Shown here: piece by piece, positions 1 to 13,030 of the stretch
Layout: the number at the start of each line of letters is the position of its first letter
Position numbering within the stretch: the stretch's first letter is position 1
Source of the DNA: Octopus vulgaris
Lineage: Eukaryota
DNA length: 64,000 bases
Assembly (NCBI GenBank): GCA_951406725.2
Contig: OX597819.1
Coordinates: forward strand, 22,816,001 to 22,880,000
Reading direction: 5' to 3'
Notes under the pieces: model-generated
The model's database searches: none
The model's input: the letters and a program-made list of their open reading frames with translations, nothing else
Told to the model about the DNA's origin: nothing
Made by a program: the position numbers and the translations under genes

Positions 1-421
1 TGCTTCTTACGCTTTATTTATACCCGAAGTGAAAATGTTTTGATTTTGTCGAGTTATATCGAAAGAATGCCAGTTCAATTATTTTTGAAAAAGAAATATT
101 TGAGCGACCGTTGGTGGAATGCTATTGTGTGTGCTTATTTTGTAACGTGTTCTACGGTATGGCTTTTGTGGGTAATTTGACGTCCGGAGCAAGCCGCAGA
201 GATCGAAAGTGAAAGGATCTTATATTTCAGCAGGGGAAATTCAATTAACAAATCATGTGTGTGTCTGTGTGTGTGTGTGTGTGTGTGTGCCTTCGAAATT
301 GCTCTTAAATGTGGTTTTTGTCGTTTTGACTGCATCTTTTAGCATGTAAAACTACATGATAAAGGTAGTTTCTCTTATGTTTAAATGTACACTATTTTAT
401 ATTGAGTATATATATATATAT

Positions 422-1285
422 GTAAATGGTGGGGGTGCGTGGGGTTCGCACAATTAGGTTGGATGTGGAGATGAGGTCGTGGACAGTAGAGGATACCGTC
501 TGTTGGTAGCTACGTGTGGGGTTAGAGGACAGAGGGGAGTAGAAGGAGGTGTCATTGAGTTGGCGGAGAGCCTCGGCCCTGTAGAGGTCCGCGCGCCACA
601 CCACTACAGCCCCACCCTTGTCAGCCGGTTTGATGATAATGTCAGCGCGCCGTTGGAGGGAATGAAGAGCCGAGAGCTCGGCCGGGGAGATGTTGAGGCG
701 GCGGTGGTGCCTGGAGAAGTTGAACCGCTCCAACGCACGCTGACAGGCGCCCGCGAAAAGATCAACTGCTAGGAACTGGCCGGGGGCAGGCGTCCACGGG
801 GATGGTCGGTGGCCCAGGTCAGTGAAGCAGTCCTCATCGTTGGATGCGGGTGGTGAGTCGCGGAAAAACGCACCCAATCGGACGCAGCGCACAAAGCTGT
901 GGACATCAGCTCGCGTCTGGAATTCCTTACAGGATGGAGTGAGGGGGATGAAACGCAGAACCCTACTAAGGACGGAGCGTTCCGCCGCAGAGAGGGGAAG
1001 ATCAGGGGGAATGGTAACAACAGACGGAAGTGGAGTTGGGTGGAATAGAAGTACAAGGGGTGGATGGAATGGGAGTAGGAGTAGGAGGGGTGGTAGGGCT
1101 GGTGGAGGTGTGAGGGGGAGGGATTGGGGAGGTGTGTGGGGGGTTGTTGGGAGGGACAGTGGGGTTAGGTGTGGGTGGGTGGAGCCTATCAGGAGGGGAG
1201 AAGGGTAGTGGGGTCGGGTGTGGTGGAATAGAGGAGTGATTGGAGTTTACGAAGTTTGGTATTGGAAAGAAATTGATGGAAGAGG
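422..1285 (-). mobile_element. Penelope-like retroelement, N-terminal ORF fragment (frameshifted)
   Basis: ORFs 392..892 and 769..1056 give ...RADIIIKPADKGGAVVVWRADLYRAEALRQLNDTSFY..., the KPADKG motif that precedes PLE RT. The C-rich coding strand resembles the PLE at 52819. Bounded by (TA)n and (GTAT)n. Confidence 0.8.
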
Positions 1286-1491
1286 TATGTATGTATGTAT
1301 GTATGTATGCATGTATGTATGTATGAATGTATGCATATATATACGCACACACACACGCACAACATATACATGAGCACATGCACATTCGTACACAAGGTTT
1401 TCACGGTAATGTTTACATAAATATCCAGGAGTTGCTTCCCTTGTGGCGGTATTTCCCTTTTACGTTTCTAATTTTTAGTGTGCATTTGTGA

Positions 1492-1537
<46 letters not shown>

Positions 1538-1621
1538 GCACGCACACACACACACACACACGTACATACATATAAATATATAAACATTCATGCATACATA
1601 CAGACAAATACACACGTACAA

Positions 1622-1653
<32 letters not shown>

Positions 1654-1749
1654 TGAGAGACAGAGATTAAGATAAATACATATATATAGATATATATATA
1701 TGCATATATATAGAGATATTTAGATAGAGAGATAGATCGATAGATAGAC

Positions 1750-1826
<77 letters not shown>

Positions 1827-1898
1827 TACATATATATGGTATGGCCGTTGGTATGGTCGTGAAATAGTATTATAACTTAAATAACTTAGATTGTGTTG

Positions 1899-1994
1899 TG
1901 TCTGGGGAGAGTCATTTTCTTTTTGTTCCTTATATTTTACCTGTGAGTGTGTTAAATTATAAGGCACATAAAAGAAAATGACTCTCCCCAGACA
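1899..1994. repeat. Short fold-back / MITE-like inverted repeat
   Basis: tgtctggggagagtcattttctttt...aaaagaaaatgactctccccagaca are reverse complements around a short spacer. Confidence 0.75.
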
Positions 1995-2108
1995 TATAAA
2001 GAATCTTGCAAACCGAATCTAAAAACGAAATATAATAAACTTAGATCGGTTTCGACTATTATCGTCTCGAGCCATGACTAACCCAATAGCACCACCTGGA
2101 AATGTCTT

Positions 2109-2800
2109 TTAGTTCATTATATTATTCCGGGACACCATAGACCACTCAAGCAAAGTGTTGTTATTGGTTGAGACGTATCCAGGTGTAGGTGGTTTATCCG
2201 GTATTTCTTGGAGGAAGTTGTCCAGGTACCGTTTGAAAGTTGTAGGCTCTTTTTCTACTTTAATTTCTTTCGGGAATAACATCGAAAAGTGCAGGACCAT
2301 TTGCAGTGAAGGAATTGTGTCGCAATGTTCTTATGTGATGTGATCTCGACCTTTGTAGGGGACGCATTGCACGGGAACCTAGTTTTCGGTGAATTGTAAA
2401 CATAATACCGATATCATTTGAATAATATTGGGGGAATATTTTCCACATGGTGCAAATAATGTATCGCTCACAGCGGCGTTGCAGAGAATAGAGCTTCAGC
2501 GAGCCCAATAATCAAGTCCCATCATGCCATTTCTTTCTTTCTTTCTTTCTTTATTTATTTATTTATTTATTTCTTTCTTTATTTATTTATCTATTTATTT
2601 TTGTGACTGATCTTTGTGGCGCTTCGGTCCTTATTATTTCTTAATATTTGTAGGTAGATCACAAAATGGGCAGCAGTATTCGAGGTGGAGGCCTAGCGAA
2701 TGTGGAGAAGAGAAGGATGATAGTTTCATGATCCCTAGATTGAAAAGTTCTGAGAACCCATGAGCACATTCTGTGAGCAACATCGATATTTTTGTTGATG
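2109..2800 (-). mobile_element. CR1/L2-like LINE 3' fragment (decayed RT C-terminus)
   Basis: Translations LKLYSLQRRCERY..., RHNSFTANGPALF, FKRYLDNFLQEIPD and HLEYCCP resemble CR1-group ORF2 C-termini. Frameshifted and interrupted by TTTA/TTTC repeats. Confidence 0.7.
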
Positions 2801-2930
2801 TACACACATTTGTTTTCGTATTTCATGTTGTTTACTATTGGTGACGTTCTGTAATTCGAAGGCTAAAACAATGCGAAAACATTGTGACCAGCGATATGTA
2901 ACAACATCTGATAGTCTGGTCGGTCACGTG

Positions 2931-2988
<58 letters not shown>

Positions 2989-3117
2989 GTGTTTAGTAGC
3001 AGATTAATCGTAAGCACACCCTCAATCAATAACTCTGGTGTAGTCCCTGTATCGTTCTCCGATGTGTTATGGCTCATTTTCTAATATTCTTTGTTGCCAT
3101 CGCAACGATGATGAGGA

Positions 3118-3453
3118 GGTGACCCCTTCGGTCATGAATGACCATGGGATTGCGCCTAGAAAGTTCCCCTCCCAGGCACAAGTCTGGGCAAGTTTGTTTA
3201 TGGAAGACCAGCAGTCGCCCATGCATACCGGCCTCCCCTCTCCACGCCACAAGTGTTATCCAAGGGAAAGGCAAAGTCCGATACAGCTTGGCACCAGTGA
3301 TGTTGCAACTCATTTCTACAGCTGAATGAACTGGAGCAACGTGAAATAAAGTGCCTTGCTCAAGAACACAACACGCAGCCCGGTCCGCAAATCGAACTCT
3401 CAACCTCACAATCGTAAGCTCGACGCTCTAACCACTGAGCCATGCACTTTCAC
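3118..3453 (-). mobile_element. tRNA-derived SINE (CORE-like body)
   Basis: Minus strand has A box tggctcagtggttaga, B box gagttcgattt and CORE-like gttcttgagcaaggcactt. Confidence 0.7.
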
Positions 3454-3845
3454 AACGCTAATGAGCTATTAGCTTACTATCTTGTCTTACTTACCTCTTA
3501 AAGATAGTTACCTTGGTATATTAAAAACAGACAATACTTTTGGGTGGTGGGAGTCACTGTATGTTTTTTCTAGGTTTTATGGCTAAAATATGCAATGTGA
3601 TACACCGTTTCGTAATACCTGTATATTCTAAAAAATGAGAAAGACGCAGTCATTGTTTCATTTTTCAGATACATACATAAATAATTTTACGTAGAGTCGG
3701 TTTTCACAGTCCTGTTAAGACCAAAAACACAACTTCCTAACTTCATTCCTTGCCGTGATATCGCATTCTGAGAGTTGCAAATCTTTGACTGCGCTTTTCT
3801 CGTTTTTCAAGTTGTGGTGCTTACGGCAGTCTGCCACTAAACGCC

Positions 3846-3878
<33 letters not shown>

Positions 3879-3897
3879 AATCAGTAACCTATAATCA

Positions 3898-4127
3898 GCA
3901 GCGAGCTGGCAGAAACGTTAGAACGCCGGGCGAAATGCGTAGCCGTATTTCGTCTGCCGTTACGTTCTGAGTTCAAATTCCGCCGAGGTCGACGTTGCCT
4001 GTCATCGTTTCTGGGTCGATAAATAAAGTACCAGTTTCACACTGGGGTCTATGTAATCGACTTAATCCCTTTGTCTGTCCTTGTTTGTCCCCTCTATGTT
4101 TAGCCCCTTGTGGGTAGTAAAGAAATA
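3898..4127 (+). mobile_element. SINE family A (tRNA-like head, gcctttcatcctttcggggtcg body, ...gtaaagaaata tail)
   Basis: More than 15 homologous copies in the window (approx. 4265, 9075, 9490, 9893, 10130, 13970, 16432, 18370, 19905, 26465, 28390, 36005, 44030, 45015, 52550, 58708). B-box-like gagttcaaattcc. Confidence 0.85.
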
Positions 4128-4264
4128 TATAATCAGCGCATTAGCAAAGAATCATAAGTTATCGCAAAATATAAATCTGTTTTGAATGCTTCTACCCCAG
4201 ATGGCACTACTACAGGGATCTTGGAATAATACCCACGGAAAGATTAAAATCGAGAGATATAGCT

Positions 4265-4478
4265 TATTTCTTTATTGCCCACAAGGGGCTAAACATAGAG
4301 AGGACAAACAAGGACAGACAAATGGATTAAGTCGATTATATTGACCCCAGTGCGTAACTGGTACTTAATTTATCGATCCCGAAAGGATGAAAGGCAAAGT
4401 CGACCACGGCGGAATTTGAACTCAGAACGTATCGGCAGACGAAATACGGCTACGCATTTCGCCCGGCGCGCTAACGTA
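4265..4478 (-). mobile_element. SINE family A copy, inverted relative to 3898-4127
   Basis: Near reverse complement of the preceding copy, about 140 bp away. Confidence 0.85.
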
Positions 4479-4619
4479 TCTCGAACAGTCGCTACCCACA
4501 AATTTATTTAGAACAGACCCTACAGCCGCTGTGACTACAACCACAAGTCAATTTGAGGACACTTGACTATTAAAGCAAATTTCGCGAACAGCCTTTACTT
4601 CTGGGTTATACCACTCCCG

Positions 4620-4738
4620 TCTTTTTCTTCTTCTTCTTCTTCTTTTTCTTCTTCTTCTTCTTCTTCTTCTTCTTCTTCTTCTTCTTCTTCTTCTTCTTCT
4701 TCTTCTTCTTCTTCTTCTTCTTCTTCTTCTTCTTCTTC
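4620..4738. repeat. (TTC)n microsatellite
   Basis: Direct reading. Confidence 0.95.
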
Positions 4739-5160
4739 CCTCTCACTCCCTCCTTTTTCGGCTGCTGCTGCTTAAACCATCAAACTTCAGAACCAAATAT
4801 ACCTATGTACACATAAGCGCAATTTTTCAGATCTGTTACTACCTACCCACCTTATGAACCTTCACAAAAGAAAAAAGAAAAAAAGGAAAAGAGAGAGAGG
4901 GGGGGGCAGACTACAGAAACATTTGCAAAACATTTCATTTAATTTTTTCTTCAATTTAATTGTTTTTCTTCTTTATTAATATCTACCTGTATTTTATTGT
5001 TAGTTGAAAAAGTCGAAAAAATCTGATATATATATATATATATATATTGGTAAAAACGGTAAGATAACAACAGGAAGAAAGAGTCTTCAATATTATGTAA
5101 ATAGAGGAAATTTATCTATAAAATAATATGTGACAATCATTCAGTCACATATTATTTTAC

Positions 5161-5636
<476 letters not shown>

Positions 5637-5794
5637 GGGAATATGATTCCAAACTTACAAGGATAAATTCAATTTAGTAATACTAAATCAAATTTCACAA
5701 TATACAATATTTAATTTTTTTCTATATGGTATAATTTAATTATTTCATTGTTGAATTGCTACATTGTGGTTCTTCTCTAATTTATATACATAAT

Positions 5795-5902
<108 letters not shown>

Positions 5903-6163
5903 CACTTCCGCACACACATCTGACCACTGGTGTTTTTCAAACGTCCTGAAGAAGGGGTCTTCACCCGAAATATACAATGTAAAACTGCAATTTTGTTCTG
6001 TTTCCTTTTCCTTTTGCAGATTACTTTGTACCTTCTCGCATTGCTCCAGCTTTACACACCAACATTCGTTACGTTTATGAACGTATTTTGCAAGATTCTT
6101 GATGTGAAATCGTGTGTTGAAACAGATATTGTTGTATTTCGGGGTACTCATTTTTTTTTCTTT

Positions 6164-6483
6164 GCTAAATAAACACATACACAATATATTCGTTCGTCAC
6201 TCGCTGATTATTTTTTGGTATTTTATCTGATGTTCATTCTCTGGAAAATTTTCGTCACACATCTGTGACCTCTTCAGCGACACTTTACATCCACGTGTAT
6301 CCTCCTGCTCTGTCAAGTCTATTCTGTCAGAATGGACTACGCGGAACAGGCGGATACACGTGGATGGAAAGTGTCGCTGAAAAGGTCATAGATGTATGAC
6401 GAAAGATTTCCAGGGAATGGACATCAGGTAAAATGATAAAAAATAATAAACGAGAGAAGAACGAATATATATGTTTATTTGGC
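6164..6483. mobile_element. Fold-back element with HHR-like core in each arm (PLE-terminus derived)
   Basis: Arms approx. 6164-6312 and 6343-6483 are diverged reverse complements. The minus arm reads CTGAAGA-g-GTCACA-gatg-TGTGAC-GAAA. Stems I and III are poorly formed. Confidence 0.55.
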
Positions 6484-6586
6484 GAGAAAAGCAAAACAGA
6501 AAATAATTCAAACGATATTGCAAAACCGAACGGATTCTTTAACAAGCCAGCAAAATAGGAACAAACTTGAAGAGGCAGCGAAACAT

Positions 6587-6809
6587 ACTCTGTCTCTTTT
6601 TACTCTTTTACTTGTTTCAGTATTTTGACTGTGGCCATGCTGGAGCACCGCCTTTAGTCGAGCAAATCGACCCCGGGACTTATTCTTTGTAAGACTAGTA
6701 CTTATTCTATCGGTCTCTATTGCCGAACCGCTAAGTTACGGGGACGTAAACACACCAGCATCGGTTGTCAAGCGATGTTGGGGGGACAAACACAGACACA
6801 CAAACACAC

Positions 6810-6860
<51 letters not shown>

Positions 6861-7020
6861 TACGACAGGCTTCTTTCAGTTTCCGTCTACCAAATCCACT
6901 CACAAGGCTTTGGTCGGCCCGGGACTATAGCAGAAGACACTTGCCCAAGGTGCCACGCAGTGGGACTGAACCCGGAACCATGTGGTTGGTTAGTAAGTTA
7001 CTTACCACACAGCCACTCCA
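6587..7020 (-). mobile_element. SINE family B (tRNA-like head, CORE-like caccttgggcaagt, internal microsatellite, (aaaagagt)n tail)
   Basis: Homologous to copies at approx. 17260, 30150, 58298, 59080, 62845 and 63685. Confidence 0.85.
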
Positions 7021-7177
7021 TGCATACATCTACTCAACTGCACGCATGCTCGTGCCCGCACACAAGCTCATACACATGCACACACACACACACACACATA
7101 CACAAGCACACACATAAAATTGCAAATCTGTGGTGAATCTTCTTAAACATTTCCTCTATGTTGTTTTCTAGCAACAG

Positions 7178-7319
7178 GAATGGTATCCGACTGAGGCCTC
7201 TCAGTATGCAAATCAAAACTGCACGTCGCCATTCAAAGACATTTATTGAAGATTGTCAGAAATCTAAATCCGGCAGTCAGTCATTACAGAACCTCAAGTC
7301 CTTGAAGCCTGCAAAATCT
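7178..7319 (+). CDS. Probable upstream exon of the LRR gene (possible start ATG at 7206: MQIKTARRHSKTFIEDCQKSKSGSQSLQNLKSLKPAKS)
   Basis: Pyrimidine tract, then tandem acceptors tag (7171) and cag (7177); open frame; strong donor gtaagt at 7320 in phase 0, compatible with the phase-0 exon at 18932. No LRR motif, so linkage is inferred. Confidence 0.55.
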
Positions 7320-7476
7320 GTAAGTGATTTTAACTTTTCAATTTTGTTTCCTCTTTTACTTGTTTCAATCATTTTTTTTTTACTGTGGCCATGTTGGAGC
7401 ACAATCTTTTAGTCGAAGAAATCCATAAGTCCTTTAGAAGATTTATGAATTTCTATCCAAAAGTCCTTGTTATTAC

Positions 7477-7529
<53 letters not shown>

Positions 7530-10500
7530 TGTATCTGTGTTTGTCCCCCCAACGTCGTTTGATAACAGATGCTGGTGTGTTTACGTCCCCGTAACTTAGC
7601 GGTTCGGCAAAAGAGACCGAAAAAATACGTACTAGCCTTACAAAGAATAAGTCCTTTTTGCTCTACTAAATGCGGTGCTCCAGCATGGCTACAATCAAAT
7701 GACTGAAACAAATAAAAGTATATATATATACACGACGGTATTCCACACAGTTTCTGTCTACTAAAATAACTCAGAGACATTGATCTTCTATACTACAAGA
7801 CCCTAGCTCAAGCTGGCGTACAGTGGGATCGACCATGAGAGCAAGAGGCTGCAAAGCGAATTCCTTAACTGCACAGCTATTTATTTATTTATTTATTGAC
7901 TTGTGCCGAGTCTATCTTGTTGCAAGATGCAAGCATTTGAGCCAGGTCTTTGGTGTGTCGGTAACTTCATAATTTTCATTAAATAAGTCACAATTGCTGC
8001 ATTTTCTCCTCTTTGCAAAATCGTTAAGCAGCCATTTTGTTTTGTTGTTTAAAATATAGATTTACAAAATTATATTTCAAACAATAAATTTTTATTACAG
8101 CGAATCACACAATCAATCGCTTTAAAGTATTTACCGACGTCTCTATACGTTTCTGAATCCTGCTGGTGTTGATGACTTTGTTTTCCGTGCACCCTGGTTA
8201 AACCAGTTAAATATAGGTTTTGATTTTATTGACTATACCCCACCCTACACATTTGTGACCTTCTCTTTGTGTTGAAAATCTTTATTATAACGCCTAAACA
8301 TGAGTAATATTTAGTTTAACTTATTTGATCTCCTAGATGTGAGTCAACATTTAATATGATATTAATTAATGAATCCTGAGCAACTTATGATACATCAAAC
8401 TTTAAAAAAATATTATTTCAGATTATATAGATCAATAATTTATAGTAGTAAATCAATGAGAATTATTGCTTACTTCAAAGTTTCAATTTATTTCATTTGT
8501 GTTGTAATATCGAGGTCAAGGCATCATCGATAATCGATCAATCATACCTTCGATTATAAAAACACAAAACGAAATGAGAAAAATGTTTGATTTCAAGCAT
8601 TTTCTATTTTCTCCACCTTCTATTATATAATAAATGTTTTTTTTGGCGTTCGTGGATGTTGATATGGTTTTTTTTCATATTGTTTTAAGTAAATATGACA
8701 AACGGTAAATAATAATTTGAACAATATATTACGATTTCAAAGGGACAACAAATTAGTTCTATAAATACATGCCATCTGCTGTATAAATATAAGAAAGGTA
8801 AAATGAATAAATACAGAATTGGTAGTCAGGTTCCACACCTGGACGGAAATCTAAAGGTATTTATGTTCTCACGAAGGTCAATGACTCCATGCACGTCATA
8901 CATCATTTTCTGATATCTAAATAGTAGTAGCAGTAACCGTGAATTATGATGAGTTCAACCTTTAAGATCTTCTTTATGTGTACGTATTTGATATCCTAAG
9001 CAACAGAAAGGAATCTGACAGACTTCAAAATCACACCTGTTGATACATTTACATTTATCTCTGGAATGTAATAAACCTTTCTACTAAAGGCACAAGGCCT
9101 GGATTTGTGGGGAGGGGGGAGGGAAATCGATCACATCGACCCCAGTACTTGACTGCTACTTATTTATCGACGATGAACAGGAAAAGTCGACCTCGGCGGA
9201 ATTTGAACTCAGAACATAGCGACGGACGAAATACTTATTTCTTTACTACCCACAAGGGGCTATACACAGAGGGGACAAACAAGGACAGACAAACGGATTA
9301 AGTCGATTATATCGACCCCACTGCGTAACTGGTACTTAATTTATCGACCCCGAAAGGATGAAGGGCAAAGACGACCTCGGCGGAATTTGAACTCAGAACG
9401 TAACGGCAGACGAAATACCGCTAAGCATTTCGCCCGGCATGCTAACGATTCTGCCAGCTCGCCGACTTTCTTTGGAATGTAATAATAATCCTTTGTACTA
9501 TAGGCACAAGGCGAGGGATAAAGAAATAGGTATTTCGTCTGCCGCTACGTTCCGAGTTCAAATTCCGCCGAGGTCGACGTTGCCTTTCATCCTTTCGGGG
9601 TCGATTAAATAAGTACCAGTTACGCACTGGGGTCGATATAATCGACTTAATCCGTTTGTCTGTCCTTGTTGGTCCTCTCTGTGTTTCGCTCCTTGAGGGT
9701 AGTAAAGAAATAGAAATAGGTATTTCGTCTGTCATTACTTTCTGAGTACTAATTCCGCTGAGGTCGACTTTGCCTTTCATCCTTTCGGAGTCGATAAATT
9801 AAGCACCAGTTGCGTACTGGGTCGATCTAATAGACTGACTACTTCCCCAATAATTTCGGGCCTTATACCTAGCGTAGAGAAGAATACGTATAAAGCGGTG
9901 AGCTGGCAGAGACGTTAGCACTCCGTTCAAAAATGCTTCTCAGTATTTTGTTTGTCTTCATGTTCTGAGTTCAAGTTCCAGCGACGTCGATTCTACTCTT
10001 CATTCTTTTTATTTTGGTCAATAAAATAAATACCAGTTGAACACTAGAATCGATGTAGTCGACTTATCCACTCCTCGAAATAATTGGCTTTGTGCCGAAA
10101 TTTGAAATCAGTATTATGAAAATGAATAAGGCGGCGAGCCGCCAGAATCGTTTGTGCTCCGGTCAAAAGGCTTAGCGGCATTTTGTTCATTTTCTGAGTT
10201 CAGATTCCGCTGAGGTCAACGTTGCCGTTCATCCTTTCGAGGTCAATAAACTAAATACCAGCTGAGCAGTAAAGTCGATGTCATCGACTCACCTTCTCCC
10301 CTGAATTTGCTGGCCTTGTACCAAAATTTGAAACCAAAATTATAAATATGAATATAAAGTTTGTAATTGTGCCAAGATGGAATGAGAAAATCAGAATATC
10401 TTTAAATCCACTAATTTAAGTAAGAATGTAGAAGCTGAAATGGAAAGGGAGAAATGTAAAATTTCAGAGAAGTAAGATGATAATCTGTACGAATCAGAAA

Positions 10501-11474
10501 ATGGATTAGGAAGAATTCTGGCAAGATAGGTATTGTATTCCTCATTATGAGCAGGAAGCAGTTGAATTTTGAGATTTTTCTAGTTATGTGAAAGACATTT
10601 CAGATGTACTGTCGTCCCTTGTAGCTAATGTTTGTAACCATTTAAGAGTGCAGTTCTGCTTTGGTATTCTTGCTTAAAAGATTGAAAAAGGAATTCTTCG
10701 ATAGTAAAAAAAACAAAATCTCAGATTTGAGAAACCCACAGAGAAATCTAACGAACATATTTCGAAATAATAAAAGAAAGATTAATCAGAAATTTGAAAA
10801 TAAAATAATTAGAAATGCTATCTTGTTTAACACAAAGATCGCAGATTAGAAATTCTTGAGAAATTCATAAGAGACGAAAATACATAAATTAAAAGATTGA
10901 AGACAAAGTGGGCCACAAGAATGAATGAGTGTCACAGGAGAAGATTAAACTCTGCATATACCTGGAATATTGCACGGGAACACCATCAGAAAGAGATAAT
11001 ATCCATAACGTACACATACGGTTCATAAAAGTTTCATAAAATATTCCAGCATTTTAAATACAGCAATGTTCAATACATATAATTAATTTAAAGAAAAAAT
11101 ATCTCAGAAAGAAAAAATGAAACACTGAATATGTATAAATATGAACATTGTGTAGTCATTTCAACGCATTAGCAGATCATAAAATTATAAACAAGAAAAA
11201 TGATTAACTAACAACTGAAAAAAAAAATAAATGAACGCCTGCCAAAAGAACTTAAAGGTTACAGAAATAGGTCACGCATTTTTAAAACCCACCTAAAATA
11301 AATCAATATTTGTAAACGGTGTGTTCAGAAAGAAAACGGAATTTAATATTGCTTGTATTATACCAAGAAAATACTCGTGATCCTGTCCACCATTTAGGGA
11401 CTTTGAATTGGCAAGGGATTTTAAACTATTATCTCTGTTTATGAGATAATAGAATAAAATAACTAAATGAGAGA

Positions 11475-11564
<90 letters not shown>

Positions 11565-11963
11565 ATATGTATGTATGTATGCATGTGTGTATGTACGTAT
11601 GTGTGTATGTATTTAAGCATGCAAAATAAACTAGCATCGTCTATAAAATTATTTTCAAGTAAAATTCAACATCCACACAACTACTCTGTGTCTTACACTT
11701 CTCTTTTTTAGGTGATAAAATTCATGTCAATATTGCATATGATAAGTTATAATAAACTTGAACTGGTTGTTGTTGTTGTTGATTCTCTTTCTTCCCACCT
11801 CTTGCCCTCTCTCTCTTCTCTGTATATATATATATATATGCGTTTGTGTGTGTGTGTGTATTCATGTATGCAGTGGATTTAGTAGACGGAAGTTGAAAGA
11901 AGCTCGACGTGTATATGTGCCTGTGTGTAGTGTGTGTGTGTGTATCTATTTATCTATCTATCA

Positions 11964-11997
<34 letters not shown>

Positions 11998-11999
11998 AA

Positions 12000-12163
12000 A
12001 TAAGCAACAGGATATAGAGGTGATGCAGTATGACCGTTTCAAGCAGATCCATTTAACTGAACAATGCAATCATTACACCAATGCAGGTAATGTTTGCATT
12101 CTTCAATTAAATGAACTTACTTGAAACGGTCGTACTGCATCACTTCTGGATATCCTGTTGCTT

Positions 12164-12165
<2 letters not shown>
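12000..12165. repeat. Palindromic fold-back element in a (TA)n tract, with the 3' half of an HHR (GAAACGGTCGTA)
   Basis: ataagcaacaggatat...gaccgtttcaag / cttgaaacggtc...atatcctgttgcttat are reverse complements. Confidence 0.7.
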
Positions 12166-12219
<54 letters not shown>

Positions 12220-12246
12220 CATATATATAAATGTGTGTGTGTGGTT

Positions 12247-12307
<61 letters not shown>

Positions 12308-12482
12308 TGAAAATATATATATATATATATGGGAAAAAATGCTAAAACAATTTTTTAAAAAACATTTCAGTACCGGTTTCTGCCATTGAGACATTTTCAT
12401 CTTTAAGTATGGAAAAGAATTACATTTAGAAAATTTTTTTTAAAAAGAATATTTGCATTCTTTGGTGAGCAACCATTGTTGC

Positions 12483-13030
12483 TCACCTTTCTTTTTCTTT
12501 TTGTAGAGGCAACTTCCTCCACGACTTCCACCGTCTCCCCCTCCAATGAGTGGGCGACGGGCACTTTTTCCTTTTTATGCTCCAGGGCCTTACCGTGGCC
12601 CTGGGGGCATTTCTTCTTGATATGGCCAGGCTCCAGGCACAGGTGACACTTGGGGGGGGGGGGCGTCCCTCAAGAATCACCGGATACCTAGGCCCGGCCA
12701 TTCTTAAAAAGTCTGGAAATACCACACTTTCGGCTGACTGGGTCCATAGGATCAAAACATCTTTCGACCCCTCCCAGTCAACCGCAGGCAGAATATTCAC
12801 ACCGAGAAGCTTGGTGCTACTACCACCCAGACCCCGGCGGATAGTCTCCTCTATCCTCTCGTGCTCAATTCCGGGAGGCAGCCCACACACCCAAGCTCTC
12901 GTTAATTTCCGCCCACCGTAGGTGGGGAGAAGCAAAATCTTCTCCCCTCCCATCGGCTGGCACGCAAACCCTTTTACCTCCGCAGGGGTGTCAAAGAGAA
13001 CACACACAGTTCCGTACTTTACACCCATGC
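12483..13030 (-). mobile_element. Tx1/L1-type LINE ORF1 fragment with CCHC zinc knuckle
   Basis: ORF ...RAWVCGLPPGI...YPVILEGRPP. After a frameshift in the poly-C run it reads KCHLCLEPGHIKKKCP (CX2CX4HX4C gag knuckle). Confidence 0.7.

Noticed and set aside
1-390. Promoter or first exon of the LRR gene
   Set aside because: The sequence is unique-looking, but there is no diagnostic motif or splice evidence I can support.
8101-8126. Possible micro-exon RITQSIALK (ttacag acceptor, gtattt donor)
   Set aside because: The donor is weak and I found no phase-2 partner exon before 18932; RNA evidence is needed.
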